DNA from: a bacterium
GTDB taxonomy: Bacteria > UBA8248
Length of the DNA stretch: 25,515 bases
NCBI GenBank assembly: GCA_965213685.1
Contig: CBDBZY010000066.1
Span: 1-25,515 of the forward strand
Reading direction: 5' to 3'
Positions 10,148 to 23,593 of the stretch are shown here, one piece after another. The notes under the pieces were generated by a model, which was not told where the DNA came from, searched no databases, and was given only the letters and a program-made list of their open reading frames with translations. Both the position numbers and the translations under genes were made by a program. Position 1 is the first letter of the stretch; every line of letters begins with the position of its first letter.

Positions 10148-11701
10148 GATTTTTCGGGGGGCGAAGTGGCGGGAAGGGTTGGGGGGCGCGCCTGGCTTTG
10201 CGGACATCGAAGCCAGCAACTTCCGGGCGCGCGCTCCAAATCGACGGTTGCAAAAAGCGTCAAATCGACGCCCCTGCGCCGGAACTCGTGGCGGTTTGTA
10301 TGGGATGCATCGCTACGGCGGAACAGGTGGATTTCTGGTACAAAGTGGTTCCACGCTGAACCGTTTTGGGCGAGATAGCGATAAATCGCATCCACAGCCC
10401 GCCTGGGCGCGCAACCTGGGACGCCTTGGCATCACGGGCTCGCTCCGCTCGCCTCCTTTCTGTTTCTGGGGGGCGTCGACGGGCTCGCTCCGCTCGCCTC
10501 TCTCCTCTTCGGGTGGCGGGCGGACGGACTCGCTGCGCTCGCCCGGGGACGGTGCACGCGCAGGTGACGGGGGGCGAGGGCGAGCGTTGGTCAGCGCGTG
10601 GCGTATACAACAATCAACCCCTCTCTCAATTTGCAGGATCGTTGCGGCGGGGGAAGGGTGCTTTTGGGGGCGGGCGTCCGGTGAGGCGCTGATACCGCGT
10701 CCGAAGGACGGTGGGTGCTGTCCGATGGGGGTTGTCGCGCGTCCCGGGGTGGTTCCGCGGCTATTGACGCAACAATTCGCAGCCGCTGAGCGGGAGAATC
10801 GATTGCTGCTGCGATTTCTGCGGGGGGCTCGCTCCCGGCGTCTCTGCGTTTGCCGTTTTGGCCTCGCGCCGGGGGTTCTGCGGAAAAGTTGCAAATTAAT
10901 CACAAAATCGGCCGGGGAGTGCCCAAATATTGCTCTGCTGCCCGCGCCGGCGCGTCGGATCGCTTCTCCTGGTCAAGGGCTATTCCCGGCTTGTCTCGGC
11001 GGCCTCGGGAAGGAGGTAGTTCCGGAGCTATCCCCGTTCCGCCGCCCGTTCGCCCTGAAAAAAGTACCATTGCAATTCCGTAAAATGGCCCCCCGTATCC
11101 CCCCGCAGCTCAAATTTCGCATATCGATAGTCGAATCGATTCAGGAGATCGCGGGCTTTCCAACGTTGTCTCGGCGGGGTCCGAATCGCCGCCGTTGCAA
11201 AGATAGCCATCATTTTCGTCCCCATCGAGGGCAATTTGCTTGCTTTACTTAGGTAAAAAATCCTTCGCCACCGCCACTTCGTGGCCCCAAAACTGCAACC
11301 AAGCGCTCCGGTAGGACCGCCGCTGCCGCTCCCAAACCGCCGGCCCAATCCGCCCCGCCTCGGCAGGCGCCCTCTAACCGCCCCCATATATCGAGGGCCG
11401 CCCGCAATCGCGGTCAAAATCGGCCGCGGTTTGGCGAAAAGCCGCGGTCACATCAAATTCGGCAACCTCGAACGACGTCCTTCAGTTGCAGAGCGATCTT
11501 TGGGCAAAGCTCGGCCTTCGGGGACCGCAGAATCCCCTGGATGTCGCGATTTCGCCTCCCTAACCACCGAAAATCGAGCCCAACAACGCCCGCGCTCCCA
11601 CCACCATCAGAAGCCGAGATTTCAATTTGGGCCGGTGCAGGACGACGAAGGAGCACGAGTGCGCAAATCCACCAAATCCGCGCTGCAGGGCCTACTCCAC
11701 C

Positions 11702-12378
11702 ATGCTCAAGCGCGCCACCGCCCGCTCCTCCCAAGGCGGCGGCTGCGCCCGCGGCGACGGACGGGCCGCCAAACCCGCCTCTCCTATTTTGACCGCGGCC
11801 GATCAGCCGCAGGCGCCCGACGAGGTTGTGGAAAGAGTCCGCCTCAAGGTCACGAACGCCCACGTCTTCAAGCTCCCGCCCAAGCCGTCGGCGGGCGGGT
11901 GGCGCGGCGCCGAGTGGCGGGACAAGGTGTGGCAGGGCACCCTCAAGGTCGTCGAGCGGGGCGAGGAGACGGCCGTCTTGTTGGGTGGACAACAAAGGAA
12001 GAGAAAAACATCTTTGCGGTGTGCCCGATACGGCACAATTTGGACGGGAAAACAAACGTGGGGAACGGCGTCGATCGGTGCATCGATTCGTCGCGGTACT
12101 TCGTGCTGCGCATCCAGAACGCGCAGGGGCGGCACCTGTTCATCGGGCTGGCGTTTAATGAAAGGAACGATGCGTTCGATTTCAACACGGCGCTGGAGGA
12201 CAGCCGGAGGGAGAAGGAGCTCGAGCGCCGGGCCGCGGCTTTGGGGGGTGGCGCGGGGGGCGGCACAACGGCCCGGGGCAATGTGGATTACAAGATGAAG
12301 GAGGGGGAGAATGGGTGGGAAGTGCGCAGTGCGAATTGCTGCGAACGATTTGGCATGCCCTTTTTGGCGCGCCGCTGA
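11702..12378 (+). CDS. NECAP: NECAP-like protein, copy 6 (same as copy 1)
   Basis: Copy 1 + 11155; identical translations. Confidence 0.85.
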
Positions 12379-13932
12379 GATTTTTCGGGGGGCGAAGTGG
12401 CGGGAAGGGTTGGGGGGCGCGCCTGGCTTTGCGGACATCGAAGCCAGCAACTTCCGGGCGCGCGCTCCAAATCGACGGTTGCAAAAAGCGTCAAATCGAC
12501 GCCCCTGCGCCGGAACTCGTGGCGGTTTGTATGGGATGCATCGCTACGGCGGAACAGGTGGATTTCTGGTACAAAGTGGTTCCACGCTGAACCGTTTTGG
12601 GCGAGATAGCGATAAATCGCATCCACAGCCCGCCTGGGCGCGCAACCTGGGACGCCTTGGCATCACGGGCTCGCTCCGCTCGCCTCCTTTCTGTTTCTGG
12701 GGGGCGTCGACGGGCTCGCTCCGCTCGCCTCTCTCCTCTTCGGGTGGCGGGCGGACGGACTCGCTGCGCTCGCCCGGGGACGGTGCACGCGCAGGTGACG
12801 GGGGGCGAGGGCGAGCGTTGGTCAGCGCGTGGCGTATACAACAATCAACCCCTCTCTCAATTTGCAGGATCGTTGCGGCGGGGGAAGGGTGCTTTTGGGG
12901 GCGGGCGTCCGGTGAGGCGCTGATACCGCGTCCGAAGGACGGTGGGTGCTGTCCGATGGGGGTTGTCGCGCGTCCCGGGGTGGTTCCGCGGCTATTGACG
13001 CAACAATTCGCAGCCGCTGAGCGGGAGAATCGATTGCTGCTGCGATTTCTGCGGGGGGCTCGCTCCCGGCGTCTCTGCGTTTGCCGTTTTGGCCTCGCGC
13101 CGGGGGTTCTGCGGAAAAGTTGCAAATTAATCACAAAATCGGCCGGGGAGTGCCCAAATATTGCTCTGCTGCCCGCGCCGGCGCGTCGGATCGCTTCTCC
13201 TGGTCAAGGGCTATTCCCGGCTTGTCTCGGCGGCCTCGGGAAGGAGGTAGTTCCGGAGCTATCCCCGTTCCGCCGCCCGTTCGCCCTGAAAAAAGTACCA
13301 TTGCAATTCCGTAAAATGGCCCCCCGTATCCCCCCGCAGCTCAAATTTCGCATATCGATAGTCGAATCGATTCAGGAGATCGCGGGCTTTCCAACGTTGT
13401 CTCGGCGGGGTCCGAATCGCCGCCGTTGCAAAGATAGCCATCATTTTCGTCCCCATCGAGGGCAATTTGCTTGCTTTACTTAGGTAAAAAATCCTTCGCC
13501 ACCGCCACTTCGTGGCCCCAAAACTGCAACCAAGCGCTCCGGTAGGACCGCCGCTGCCGCTCCCAAACCGCCGGCCCAATCCGCCCCGCCTCGGCAGGCG
13601 CCCTCTAACCGCCCCCATATATCGAGGGCCGCCCGCAATCGCGGTCAAAATCGGCCGCGGTTTGGCGAAAAGCCGCGGTCACATCAAATTCGGCAACCTC
13701 GAACGACGTCCTTCAGTTGCAGAGCGATCTTTGGGCAAAGCTCGGCCTTCGGGGACCGCAGAATCCCCTGGATGTCGCGATTTCGCCTCCCTAACCACCG
13801 AAAATCGAGCCCAACAACGCCCGCGCTCCCACCACCATCAGAAGCCGAGATTTCAATTTGGGCCGGTGCAGGACGACGAAGGAGCACGAGTGCGCAAATC
13901 CACCAAATCCGCGCTGCAGGGCCTACTCCACC

Positions 13933-14609
13933 ATGCTCAAGCGCGCCACCGCCCGCTCCTCCCAAGGCGGCGGCTGCGCCCGCGGCGACGGACGGGCCGC
14001 CAAACCCGCCTCTCCTATTTTGACCGCGGCCGATCAGCCGCAGGCGCCCGACGAGGTTGTGGAAAGAGTCCGCCTCAAGGTCACGAACGCCCACGTCTTC
14101 AAGCTCCCGCCCAAGCCGTCGGCGGGCGGGTGGCGCGGCGCCGAGTGGCGGGACAAGGTGTGGCAGGGCACCCTCAAGGTCGTCGAGCGGGGCGAGGAGA
14201 CGGCCGTCTTGTTGGGTGGACAACAAAGGAAGAGAAAAACATCTTTGCGGTGTGCCCGATACGGCACAATTTGGACGGGAAAACAAACGTGGGGAACGGC
14301 GTCGATCGGTGCATCGATTCGTCGCGGTACTTCGTGCTGCGCATCCAGAACGCGCAGGGGCGGCACCTGTTCATCGGGCTGGCGTTTAATGAAAGGAACG
14401 ATGCGTTCGATTTCAACACGGCGCTGGAGGACAGCCGGAGGGAGAAGGAGCTCGAGCGCCGGGCCGCGGCTTTGGGGGGTGGCGCGGGGGGCGGCACAAC
14501 GGCCCGGGGCAATGTGGATTACAAGATGAAGGAGGGGGAGAATGGGTGGGAAGTGCGCAGTGCGAATTGCTGCGAACGATTTGGCATGCCCTTTTTGGCG
14601 CGCCGCTGA
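13933..14609 (+). CDS. NECAP: NECAP-like protein, copy 7 (same as copy 1)
   Basis: Copy 1 + 13386; identical translations. Confidence 0.85.
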
Positions 14610-16163
14610 GATTTTTCGGGGGGCGAAGTGGCGGGAAGGGTTGGGGGGCGCGCCTGGCTTTGCGGACATCGAAGCCAGCAACTTCCGGGCGCGCGCTCCA
14701 AATCGACGGTTGCAAAAAGCGTCAAATCGACGCCCCTGCGCCGGAACTCGTGGCGGTTTGTATGGGATGCATCGCTACGGCGGAACAGGTGGATTTCTGG
14801 TACAAAGTGGTTCCACGCTGAACCGTTTTGGGCGAGATAGCGATAAATCGCATCCACAGCCCGCCTGGGCGCGCAACCTGGGACGCCTTGGCATCACGGG
14901 CTCGCTCCGCTCGCCTCCTTTCTGTTTCTGGGGGGCGTCGACGGGCTCGCTCCGCTCGCCTCTCTCCTCTTCGGGTGGCGGGCGGACGGACTCGCTGCGC
15001 TCGCCCGGGGACGGTGCACGCGCAGGTGACGGGGGGCGAGGGCGAGCGTTGGTCAGCGCGTGGCGTATACAACAATCAACCCCTCTCTCAATTTGCAGGA
15101 TCGTTGCGGCGGGGGAAGGGTGCTTTTGGGGGCGGGCGTCCGGTGAGGCGCTGATACCGCGTCCGAAGGACGGTGGGTGCTGTCCGATGGGGGTTGTCGC
15201 GCGTCCCGGGGTGGTTCCGCGGCTATTGACGCAACAATTCGCAGCCGCTGAGCGGGAGAATCGATTGCTGCTGCGATTTCTGCGGGGGGCTCGCTCCCGG
15301 CGTCTCTGCGTTTGCCGTTTTGGCCTCGCGCCGGGGGTTCTGCGGAAAAGTTGCAAATTAATCACAAAATCGGCCGGGGAGTGCCCAAATATTGCTCTGC
15401 TGCCCGCGCCGGCGCGTCGGATCGCTTCTCCTGGTCAAGGGCTATTCCCGGCTTGTCTCGGCGGCCTCGGGAAGGAGGTAGTTCCGGAGCTATCCCCGTT
15501 CCGCCGCCCGTTCGCCCTGAAAAAAGTACCATTGCAATTCCGTAAAATGGCCCCCCGTATCCCCCCGCAGCTCAAATTTCGCATATCGATAGTCGAATCG
15601 ATTCAGGAGATCGCGGGCTTTCCAACGTTGTCTCGGCGGGGTCCGAATCGCCGCCGTTGCAAAGATAGCCATCATTTTCGTCCCCATCGAGGGCAATTTG
15701 CTTGCTTTACTTAGGTAAAAAATCCTTCGCCACCGCCACTTCGTGGCCCCAAAACTGCAACCAAGCGCTCCGGTAGGACCGCCGCTGCCGCTCCCAAACC
15801 GCCGGCCCAATCCGCCCCGCCTCGGCAGGCGCCCTCTAACCGCCCCCATATATCGAGGGCCGCCCGCAATCGCGGTCAAAATCGGCCGCGGTTTGGCGAA
15901 AAGCCGCGGTCACATCAAATTCGGCAACCTCGAACGACGTCCTTCAGTTGCAGAGCGATCTTTGGGCAAAGCTCGGCCTTCGGGGACCGCAGAATCCCCT
16001 GGATGTCGCGATTTCGCCTCCCTAACCACCGAAAATCGAGCCCAACAACGCCCGCGCTCCCACCACCATCAGAAGCCGAGATTTCAATTTGGGCCGGTGC
16101 AGGACGACGAAGGAGCACGAGTGCGCAAATCCACCAAATCCGCGCTGCAGGGCCTACTCCACC

Positions 16164-16839
16164 ATGCTCAAGCGCGCCACCGCCCGCTCCTCCCAAGGCG
16201 GCGGCTGCGCCCGCGGCGACGGACGGGCCGCCAAACCCGCCTCTCCTATTTTGACCGCGGCCGATCAGCCGCAGGCGCCCGACGAGGTTGTGGAAAGAGT
16301 CCGCCTCAAGGTCACGAACGCCCACGTCTTCAAGCTCCCGCCCAAGCCGTCGGCGGGCGGGTGGCGCGGCGCCGAGTGGCGGGACAAGGTGTGGCAGGGC
16401 ACCCTCAAGGTCGTCGAGCGGGGCGAGGAGACGGCCGTCTTGTTGGGTGGACAACAAAGGAAGAGAAAAACATCTTTGCGGTGTGCCCGATACGGCACAA
16501 TTTGGACGGGAAAACAAACGTGGGGAACGGCGTCGATCGGTGCATCGATTCGTCGCGGTACTTCGTGCTGCGCATCCAGAACGCGCAGGGGCGGCACCTG
16601 TTCATCCGGGCTGGCGTTTAATGAAAGGAACGATGCGTTCGATTTCAACACGGCGCTGGAGGACAGCCGGAGGGAGAAGGAGCTCGAGCGCCGGGCCGCG
16701 GCTTTGGGGGGTGGCGCGGGGGCGGCACAACGGCCCGGGGCAATGTGGATTACAAGATGAAGGAGGGGAGAATGGGTGGGAAGTGCGCAGTGCGAATTGC
16801 TGCGAACGATTTGGCATGCCCTTTTTGGCGCGCCGCTGA
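16164..16839 (+). CDS. NECAP: NECAP-like protein, copy 8 (shared frameshift plus three private 1-bp indels)
   Basis: Matches copy 1 to 16606, then +C at ~16607 and two shortened G-runs. NECAP motifs are split over ORFs 15743, 16089 and 16288. Confidence 0.8.
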
Positions 16840-16938
16840 GATTTTTCGGGGGCGAAGTGGCGGGAAGGGTTGGGGGGCGCGCCTGGCTTTGCGGACATCG
16901 AAGCCAGCAACTTCCGGGCGCGCGCTCCAAATCGACGG

Positions 16939-18083
16939 CTGCAAAAAGTCGACAAATCGACGCCCCTGCGACGGAACTCGTGGCGGTTTGTATTGGGATG
17001 GATCGCTGCGGCGGAATAGGTGGATTTCGTGGTATGTTGTGGTTCCACGCTGAACCGTTTTGGGCGAGATAGCGACAAATCGCATCCACAGCTCGCCTGG
17101 GCGCGCAACCTGGACGGCCGCGGCATCACGGGCTCGCTCCGCTCGCCTCCCTTCTGTTTCTGGTGGGCGGCGACGGGCTCGCTCCGCTCGCCTCTCCTCT
17201 CTCTTCGGGTGGCGGTTGATGGACGGGCTCGCCCGGGGGCGGCCAGGGATGGTGCACGCGCAGGTGACGTTGTGGGGCGATGGCGAGCGTTGGACGGCGC
17301 GTGGCATATACGCAACAATCAACCCCTCTCTCAAATTGCAGGGCCATCGTTGCGGCGGGGGAAGGGTGCTTTTGGGCCCCGGCCCCCAGAGTGAGGCGCT
17401 GTTACCGCGTCCAAACGCCGGTGGATGCTGTCCGATGGGGGTTGCCGCGCGTTCGGGGTCGTTGCACCGCGGCTATTGACACATCAATCCACAGCCACTG
17501 AGCGCGAGAATTGATTGCGGCTGCGATTTCTGCGGGGGGATCGCTCCCGGCGTCTCTGCGTTTGCCGTTTTTGGCCTCGCGCCGGACGTTCTGCCGAAAA
17601 GTATGCACATCCGACCGCAAAAACGGCCGGGGAGTGCACGAAATATTGCTCCCCCACCCGCGCCGAAAGCGTCGGATCGCTTCTCCTGGATCAAGGGCTA
17701 TTCCGTGGATTGTCGCGGCGGCCGCTCGGAAGGAGCGTAGTTCCTGCGAGCTATCCTCCCGTTCCGCGGTCGTACCTATCAAAATTTCGCTCTGAAAAAG
17801 TGCCATTGCAATTCCGTAAAATGGCCGCCCGTATCCCCCCGCCGCTCAAAATTCGCATATCGCATAGTCGAATCGATTCAGGTGATCGCGGGCTTTCCAA
17901 CGGTGGTCTCGGCGGGGTCTGAATCCCCGCCGTTGCAAAGATAGGCATCGTTTTCGTCCCACATCGAGCGCAATTTGCTTGCTTTACTTACTTAGGCCAA
18001 AAAGTATCTTTTTCGCCACCGCCTCTTTTTTCAGCCACAAAACTGCAACTCTCATGACGCCCCCGTAGGACCGCCGCCGCTGC
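16939..18083. repeat. Diverged variant of the non-coding module spanning the copy 8/9 junction
   Basis: Collinear with unit positions ~1324-2231 plus 1-172, but with dense substitutions and multi-base insertions not seen in other copies. Confidence 0.85.
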
Positions 18084-18457
18084 TCCCAAACCGCCGGCCC
18101 AATCGCCGCCCCGCCTCGCAGGCGCCCTCTAACCGCCCCATATATCGAGGGCCGCCCGCAATCGCGGTCAAAATCGGCCGCGGTTTGGCGAAAAGCCCGC
18201 GGTCACATCAAATTCGGCAACCTCGAACGACGTCCTTCAGTTGCAGAGCGATCTTTGGGCAAAGCTCGGCCTTCGGGGACCGCAGAATCCCCTGGATTGT
18301 CGCGATTCGCCTCCCCTAACCACCGAAAATCGAGCCCAACAACGCCCGCGCTCCCACCACCATCAGAAGCCGAGATTTCAATTTGGGCCGGTGCAGGACG
18401 ACGAAGGAGCACGAGTGCGCAAATCCACCAAATCCGCGCTGCAGGGCCTACTCCACC

Positions 18458-19134
18458 ATGCTCAAGCGCGCCACCGCCCGCTCCTCCAAGGCGGCGGCTG
18501 CGGCCCGCGGCGACGGACGGGCCCGCCAAACCCGCCTCTCCTATTTTGACCGCGGCCGATCAGCCGCAGGCGCCCGACGAGGTTGTGGAAAGAGTCCGCC
18601 TCAAGGTCACGAACGCCCACGTCTTCAAGCTCCCGCCCAAGCCGTCGGCGGGCGGGTGGCGCGGCGCCGAGTGGCGGGACAAGGTGTGGCAGGGCACCCT
18701 CAAGGTCGTCGAGCGGGGCGAGGAGACGGCCGTCTTGTTGGTGGACAACAAGGAAGAGAAAAACATCTTTGCGGTGTGCCCGATACGGCACAATTTGGAC
18801 GGGAAAACAAACGTGGGGAAACGGCGTCGATCGGTGCATCGATTCGTCGCGGTACTTCGTGCTGCGCATCCAGAACGCGCAGGGGCGGCACCTGTTCATC
18901 GGGCTGGCGTTTAATGAAAGGAACGATGCGTTCGATTTCAACACGGCGCTGGAGGACAGCCGGAGGGAGAAGGAGCTCGAGCGCCGGGCCGCGGCTTTGG
19001 GGGGTGGCGCGGGGGGCGGCACAACGGCCCGGGGCAATGTGGATTACAAGATGAAGGAGGGGGAGAATGGGTGGGAAGTGCGCAGTGCGAATTGCTGCGA
19101 ACGATTTGGCATGCCCTTTTTGGCGCGCCGCTGA
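18458..19134 (+). CDS. NECAP: NECAP-like protein, copy 9 (private +G at ~18503 and +A at ~18821)
   Basis: ORF 18255 reads continuously through AVLLVDNKEEKNIFAVCP, where copies 1-8 are shifted. ORF 18583 carries the DSSRYFVLRI half. Confidence 0.85.
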
Positions 19135-20684
19135 GATTTTTCGGGGGCGAAGTGGCGGGAAGGGGTGGGGGGCGCGCCTGGCTTTGCGGACATCGAAGCC
19201 AGCAACTTCCGGGCGCGCGCTCCAAATCGACGGTTGCAAAAAGCGTCAAATCGACGCCCCTGCGCCGGAACTCGTGGCGGTTTGTATGGGATGCATCGCT
19301 ACGGCGAACAGGTGGATTTCTGGTACAAAGTGGTTCCACGCTGAACCGTTTTGGGCGAGATAGCGATAAATCGCATCCACAGCCCGCCTGGGCGCGCAAC
19401 CTGGACGGCCTTGGCATCACGGGCTCGCTCCGCTCGCCTCCTTTCTGTTTCTGGGGGGCGTCGACGGGCTCGCTCCGCTCGCCTCTCTCCTCTTCGGGTG
19501 GCGGGCGGACGGACTCGCTGCGCTCGCCCGGGGACGGTGCACGCGCAGTGACGGGGGGCGAGGGCGAGCGTTGGTCAGCGCGTGGCGTATACAACAATCA
19601 ACCCCTCTCTCAATTTGCAGGATCGTTGCGGCGGGGGAAGGGTGCTTTTGGGGGCGGCGTCCGGTGAGGCGCTGATACCGCGTCCGAAGGACGGTGGGTG
19701 CTGTCCGATGGGGGTTGTCGCGCGTCCGGGGTGGTTCCGCGGCTATTGACGCAACAATTCGCAGCCGCTGAGCGGGAGAATCGATTGCTGCTGCGATTCT
19801 GCGGGGGCTCGCTCCCGGCGTCTCTGCGTTTTGCCGTTTTGGCCTCGCGCCGGGGGTTCTGCGGAAAAGTTGCAAATTAATCACAAAATCGGCCGGGGAG
19901 TGCCAAATATTGCTCTGCTGCCCGCGCCGGCGCGTCGGATCGCTTCTCCTGGTCAAGGGCTATTCCCGGCTTGTCTCGGCGGCCTCGGGAAGGAGGTAGT
20001 TCCGGAGCTATCCCCGTTCCGCCGCCCGTTCGCCCTGAAAAAAGTACCATTGCAATTCCGTAAAATGGCCCCCCGTATCCCCCCCGCAGCTCAAATTTCG
20101 CATATCGATAGTCGAATCGATTCAGGAGATCGCGGGCTTTCCAACGGTTGTCTCGGCGGGGTCCGAATCGCCGCCGTTGCAAAGATAGCCATCATTTTCG
20201 TCCCCATCGAGGGCAATTTGCTTGCTTTACTTAGGTAAAAAATCCTTCGACACCGCCACTTCGTGGCCCCAAAACTGCAACCAAGCGCTCCGGTAGGACC
20301 GCCGCTGCCGCTCCCAAACCGCCGGCCCAATCGCCGCCCCGCCTCGCAGGCGCCCTCTAACCGCCCCATATATCGAGGGCCGCCCGCAATCGCGGTCAAA
20401 ATCGGCCGCGGTTTGGCGAAAAGCCGCGGTCACATCAAATTCGGCAACCTCGAACGACGTCCTTCAGTTGCAGAGCGATCTTTGGGCAAAGCTCGGCCTT
20501 CGGGGACCGCAGAATCCCCTGGATTGTCGCGATTCGCCTCCCCTAACCACCGAAAATCGAGCCCAACAACGCCCGCGCTCCCACCACCATCAGAAGCCGA
20601 GATTTCAATTTGGGCCGGTGCAGGACGACGAAGGAGCACGAGTGCGCAAATCCACCAAATCCGCGCTGCAGGGCCTACTCCACC

Positions 20685-21358
20685 ATGCTCAAGCGCGCCA
20701 CCGCCCGCTCCTCCAAGGCGGCGGCTGCGCCCGCGGCGACGGACGGGCCCGCCAAACCCGCCTCTCCTATTTTGACCGCGGCCGATCAGCCGCAGGCGCC
20801 CGACGAGGTTTTGAAAGAGTCCGCCTCAAGGTCACGAACGCCCACGTCTTCAAGCTCCCGCCCAAGCCGTCGGCGGGCGGGTGGCGCGGCGCCGAGTGGC
20901 GGGACAAGGTGTGGCAGGGCACCCTCAAGGTCGTCGAGCGGGGCGAGGAGACGGCCGTCTTGTTGGTGGACAACAAGGAAGAGAAAAACATCTTTGCGGT
21001 GTGCCCGATACGGCACAATTTGGACGGGAAAACAAACGTGGGGAACGGCGTCGATCGGTGCATCGATTCGTCGCGGTACTTCGTGCTGCGCATCCAGAAC
21101 GCGCAGGGGCGGCACCTGTTCATCGGGCTGGCGTTTAATGAAAGGAACGATGCGTTCGATTTCAACACGGCGCTGGAGGACAGCCGGAGGGAGAAGGAGC
21201 TCGAGCGCCGGGCCGCGGCTTTGGGGGGTGGCGCGGGGGGCGGCACAACGGCCCGGGGCAATGTGGATTACAAGAGGAAGGAGGGGGAGAATGGGTGGGA
21301 AGTGCGCAGTGCGAATTGCTGCGAACGATTTGGCATGCCCTTTTTGGCGCGCCGCTGA
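20685..21358 (+). CDS. NECAP: NECAP-like protein, copy 10 (one -1 indel at ~20810, upstream of the domain core; PHear domain in a single frame)
   Basis: ORF 20468..21358 holds ERVRLKV...DSSRYFVLRI...FDFNTALED...KEGE uninterrupted. ORF 20610 gives the N-terminus MLKRATARSSKAAAAPAATDGPAKP. Confidence 0.9.
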
Positions 21359-22916
21359 GATTTTTCGGGGCGAAGTGGCGGGAAGGGTTGGGGGGCGCGC
21401 CTGGCTTTGCGGACATCGAAGCCAGCAACTTCCGGGCGCGCGCTCCAAATCGACGGTTTGCAAAAAGCGTCAAATCGACGCCCCTGCGCCGGAACTCGTG
21501 GCGGTTTGTATGGGATGCATCGCTACGGCGGAACAGGTGGATTTCTGGTACAAAGTGGTTCCACGCTGAACCGTTTTGGGCGAGATAGCGATAAATCGCA
21601 TCCACAGCCCGCCTGGGCGCGCAACCTGGACGGCCTTGGCATCACGGGCTCGCTCCGCTCGCCTCCTTTCTGTTTCTGGGGGGCGTCGACGGGCTCGCTC
21701 CGCTCGCCTCTCTCCTCTTCGGGTGGCGGGCGGACGGACTCGCTGCGCTCGCCCGGGGACGGTGCACGCGCAGGTGACGGGGGGCGAGGGCGAGCGTTGG
21801 TCAGCGCGTGGCGTATACAACAATCAACCCCTCTCTCAATTTGCAGGATCGTTGCGGCGGGGGGAAGGGTGCTTTTGGGGGCGGCGTCCGGTGAGGCGCT
21901 GATACCGCGTCCGAAGGACGGTGGGTGCTGTCCGATGGGGGTTGTCGCGCGTCCGGGGTGGTTCCGCGGCTATTGACGGCAACAATTCGCAGCCGCTGAG
22001 CGGGAGAATCGATTGCTGCTGCGATTTCTGCGGGGGCTCGCTCCCGGCGTCTCTGCGTTTGCCGTTTTGGCCTCGCGCCGGAGGGTTCTGCGGAAAAGTT
22101 GCAAATTAATCACAAAATCGGCCGGGGAGTGGCCAAATATTGCTCTGCTGCCCGCGCCGCGCGTCGGATCGCTTCTCCTGGTCAAGGGCTATTCCCGCTT
22201 GTCTCGGCGGCCTCGGGAAGGAGGTAGTTCCGGAGCTATCCCCGTTCCGCCGCCCGTTCGCCCTGAAAAAAGTACCATTGCAATTCCGTAAAATGGCCCC
22301 CCGTATCCCCCCGCAGCTCAAATTTCGCATATCGATAGTCGAATCGATTCAGAGATCGCGGGCTTTCCAACGGTTGTCTCGGCGGGGTCCGAATCGCCGC
22401 CGTTGCAAAGATAGCCATCATTTTCGTCCCCATCGAGGGCAATTTGCTTGCTTTACTTTACTTAGGTAAAAAATCCTTCGCCACCGCCACTTCGTGGCCC
22501 AAAACTGCAACCAAGCGCTCCGGTAGGACCGCCGCTGCCGCTCCCAAACCGCCGGCCCAATCGCCGCCCCGCCTCGCAGGCGGCCCTCTAACCGCCCCAT
22601 ATATACGAGGGCCGCCCGCAATCGCGGTCAAAATCGGCCGCGGTTTGGCGAAAAGCCGCGTCACATCAAATTCGGCAACCTCGAACTACGTCCTTCAGTT
22701 GCAGAGCGATCTTTGGGCAAAGCTCGGCCTTCGGGGACCGCAGGAATCCCCTGGATTGTCGCGATTCGCCTCCCTAACCACCGAAAATCGAGCCCAACAA
22801 CGCCCGCGCTCCCACCACCATCAGAAGCCGAGATTTCAATTTGGGCCGGTGCAGGACGACGAAGGAGCACGAGTGCGCAAATCCACCAAATCCGCGCTGC
22901 AGGGCCTACTCTCACC

Positions 22917-23593
22917 ATGCTCAAGCGCGCCACCGCCCGCTCCTCCAAGGCGGCGGGCTGCGCCCGCGGCGACGGACGGGCCCGCCAAACCCGCCTCTCC
23001 TATTTTGACCGCGGCCGATCAGCCGCAGGCGCCCGACGAGGTTGTGGAAAGAGTCCGCCTCAAGGTCACGAACGCCCACGTCTTCAAGCTCCCGCCCAAG
23101 CCGTCGGCGGGCGGGTGGCGCGGCGCCGAGTGGCGGGACAAGGTGTGGCAGGGCACCCTCAAGGTCGTCGAGCGGGGCGAGGAGACGGCCGTCTTGTTGG
23201 TGGACAACAAGGAAGAGAAAAACATCTTTGCGGTGTGCCCGATACGGCACAATTTTGGACGGGAAAACAAACGTGGGGAACGGCGTCGATCGGTGCATCG
23301 ATTTCGTCGCGGTACTTCGTGCTGCGCATCCAGACGCGCAGGGGCGGCACCTGTTCATCGGGCTGGCGTTTAATGAAAGGAACGATGCGTTCGATTTCAA
23401 CACGGCGCTGGAGGACAGCCGGAGGGAGAAGGAGCTCGAGCGCCGGGCCGCGGCTTTGGGGGGTGGCGCGGGGGGCGGCACAACGGCCCGGGGCAATGTG
23501 GATTACAAGATGAAGGAGGGGGAGAATGGGTGGGAAGTGCGCAGTGCGAATTGCTGCGAACGATTTGGCATGCCCTTTTTGGCGCGCCGCTGA
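22917..23593 (+). CDS. NECAP: NECAP-like protein, copy 11 (four private 1-bp indels)
   Basis: NECAP motifs are spread over ORFs 22444, 22713 and 23042; indels lie mostly in short homopolymers. Confidence 0.8.
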
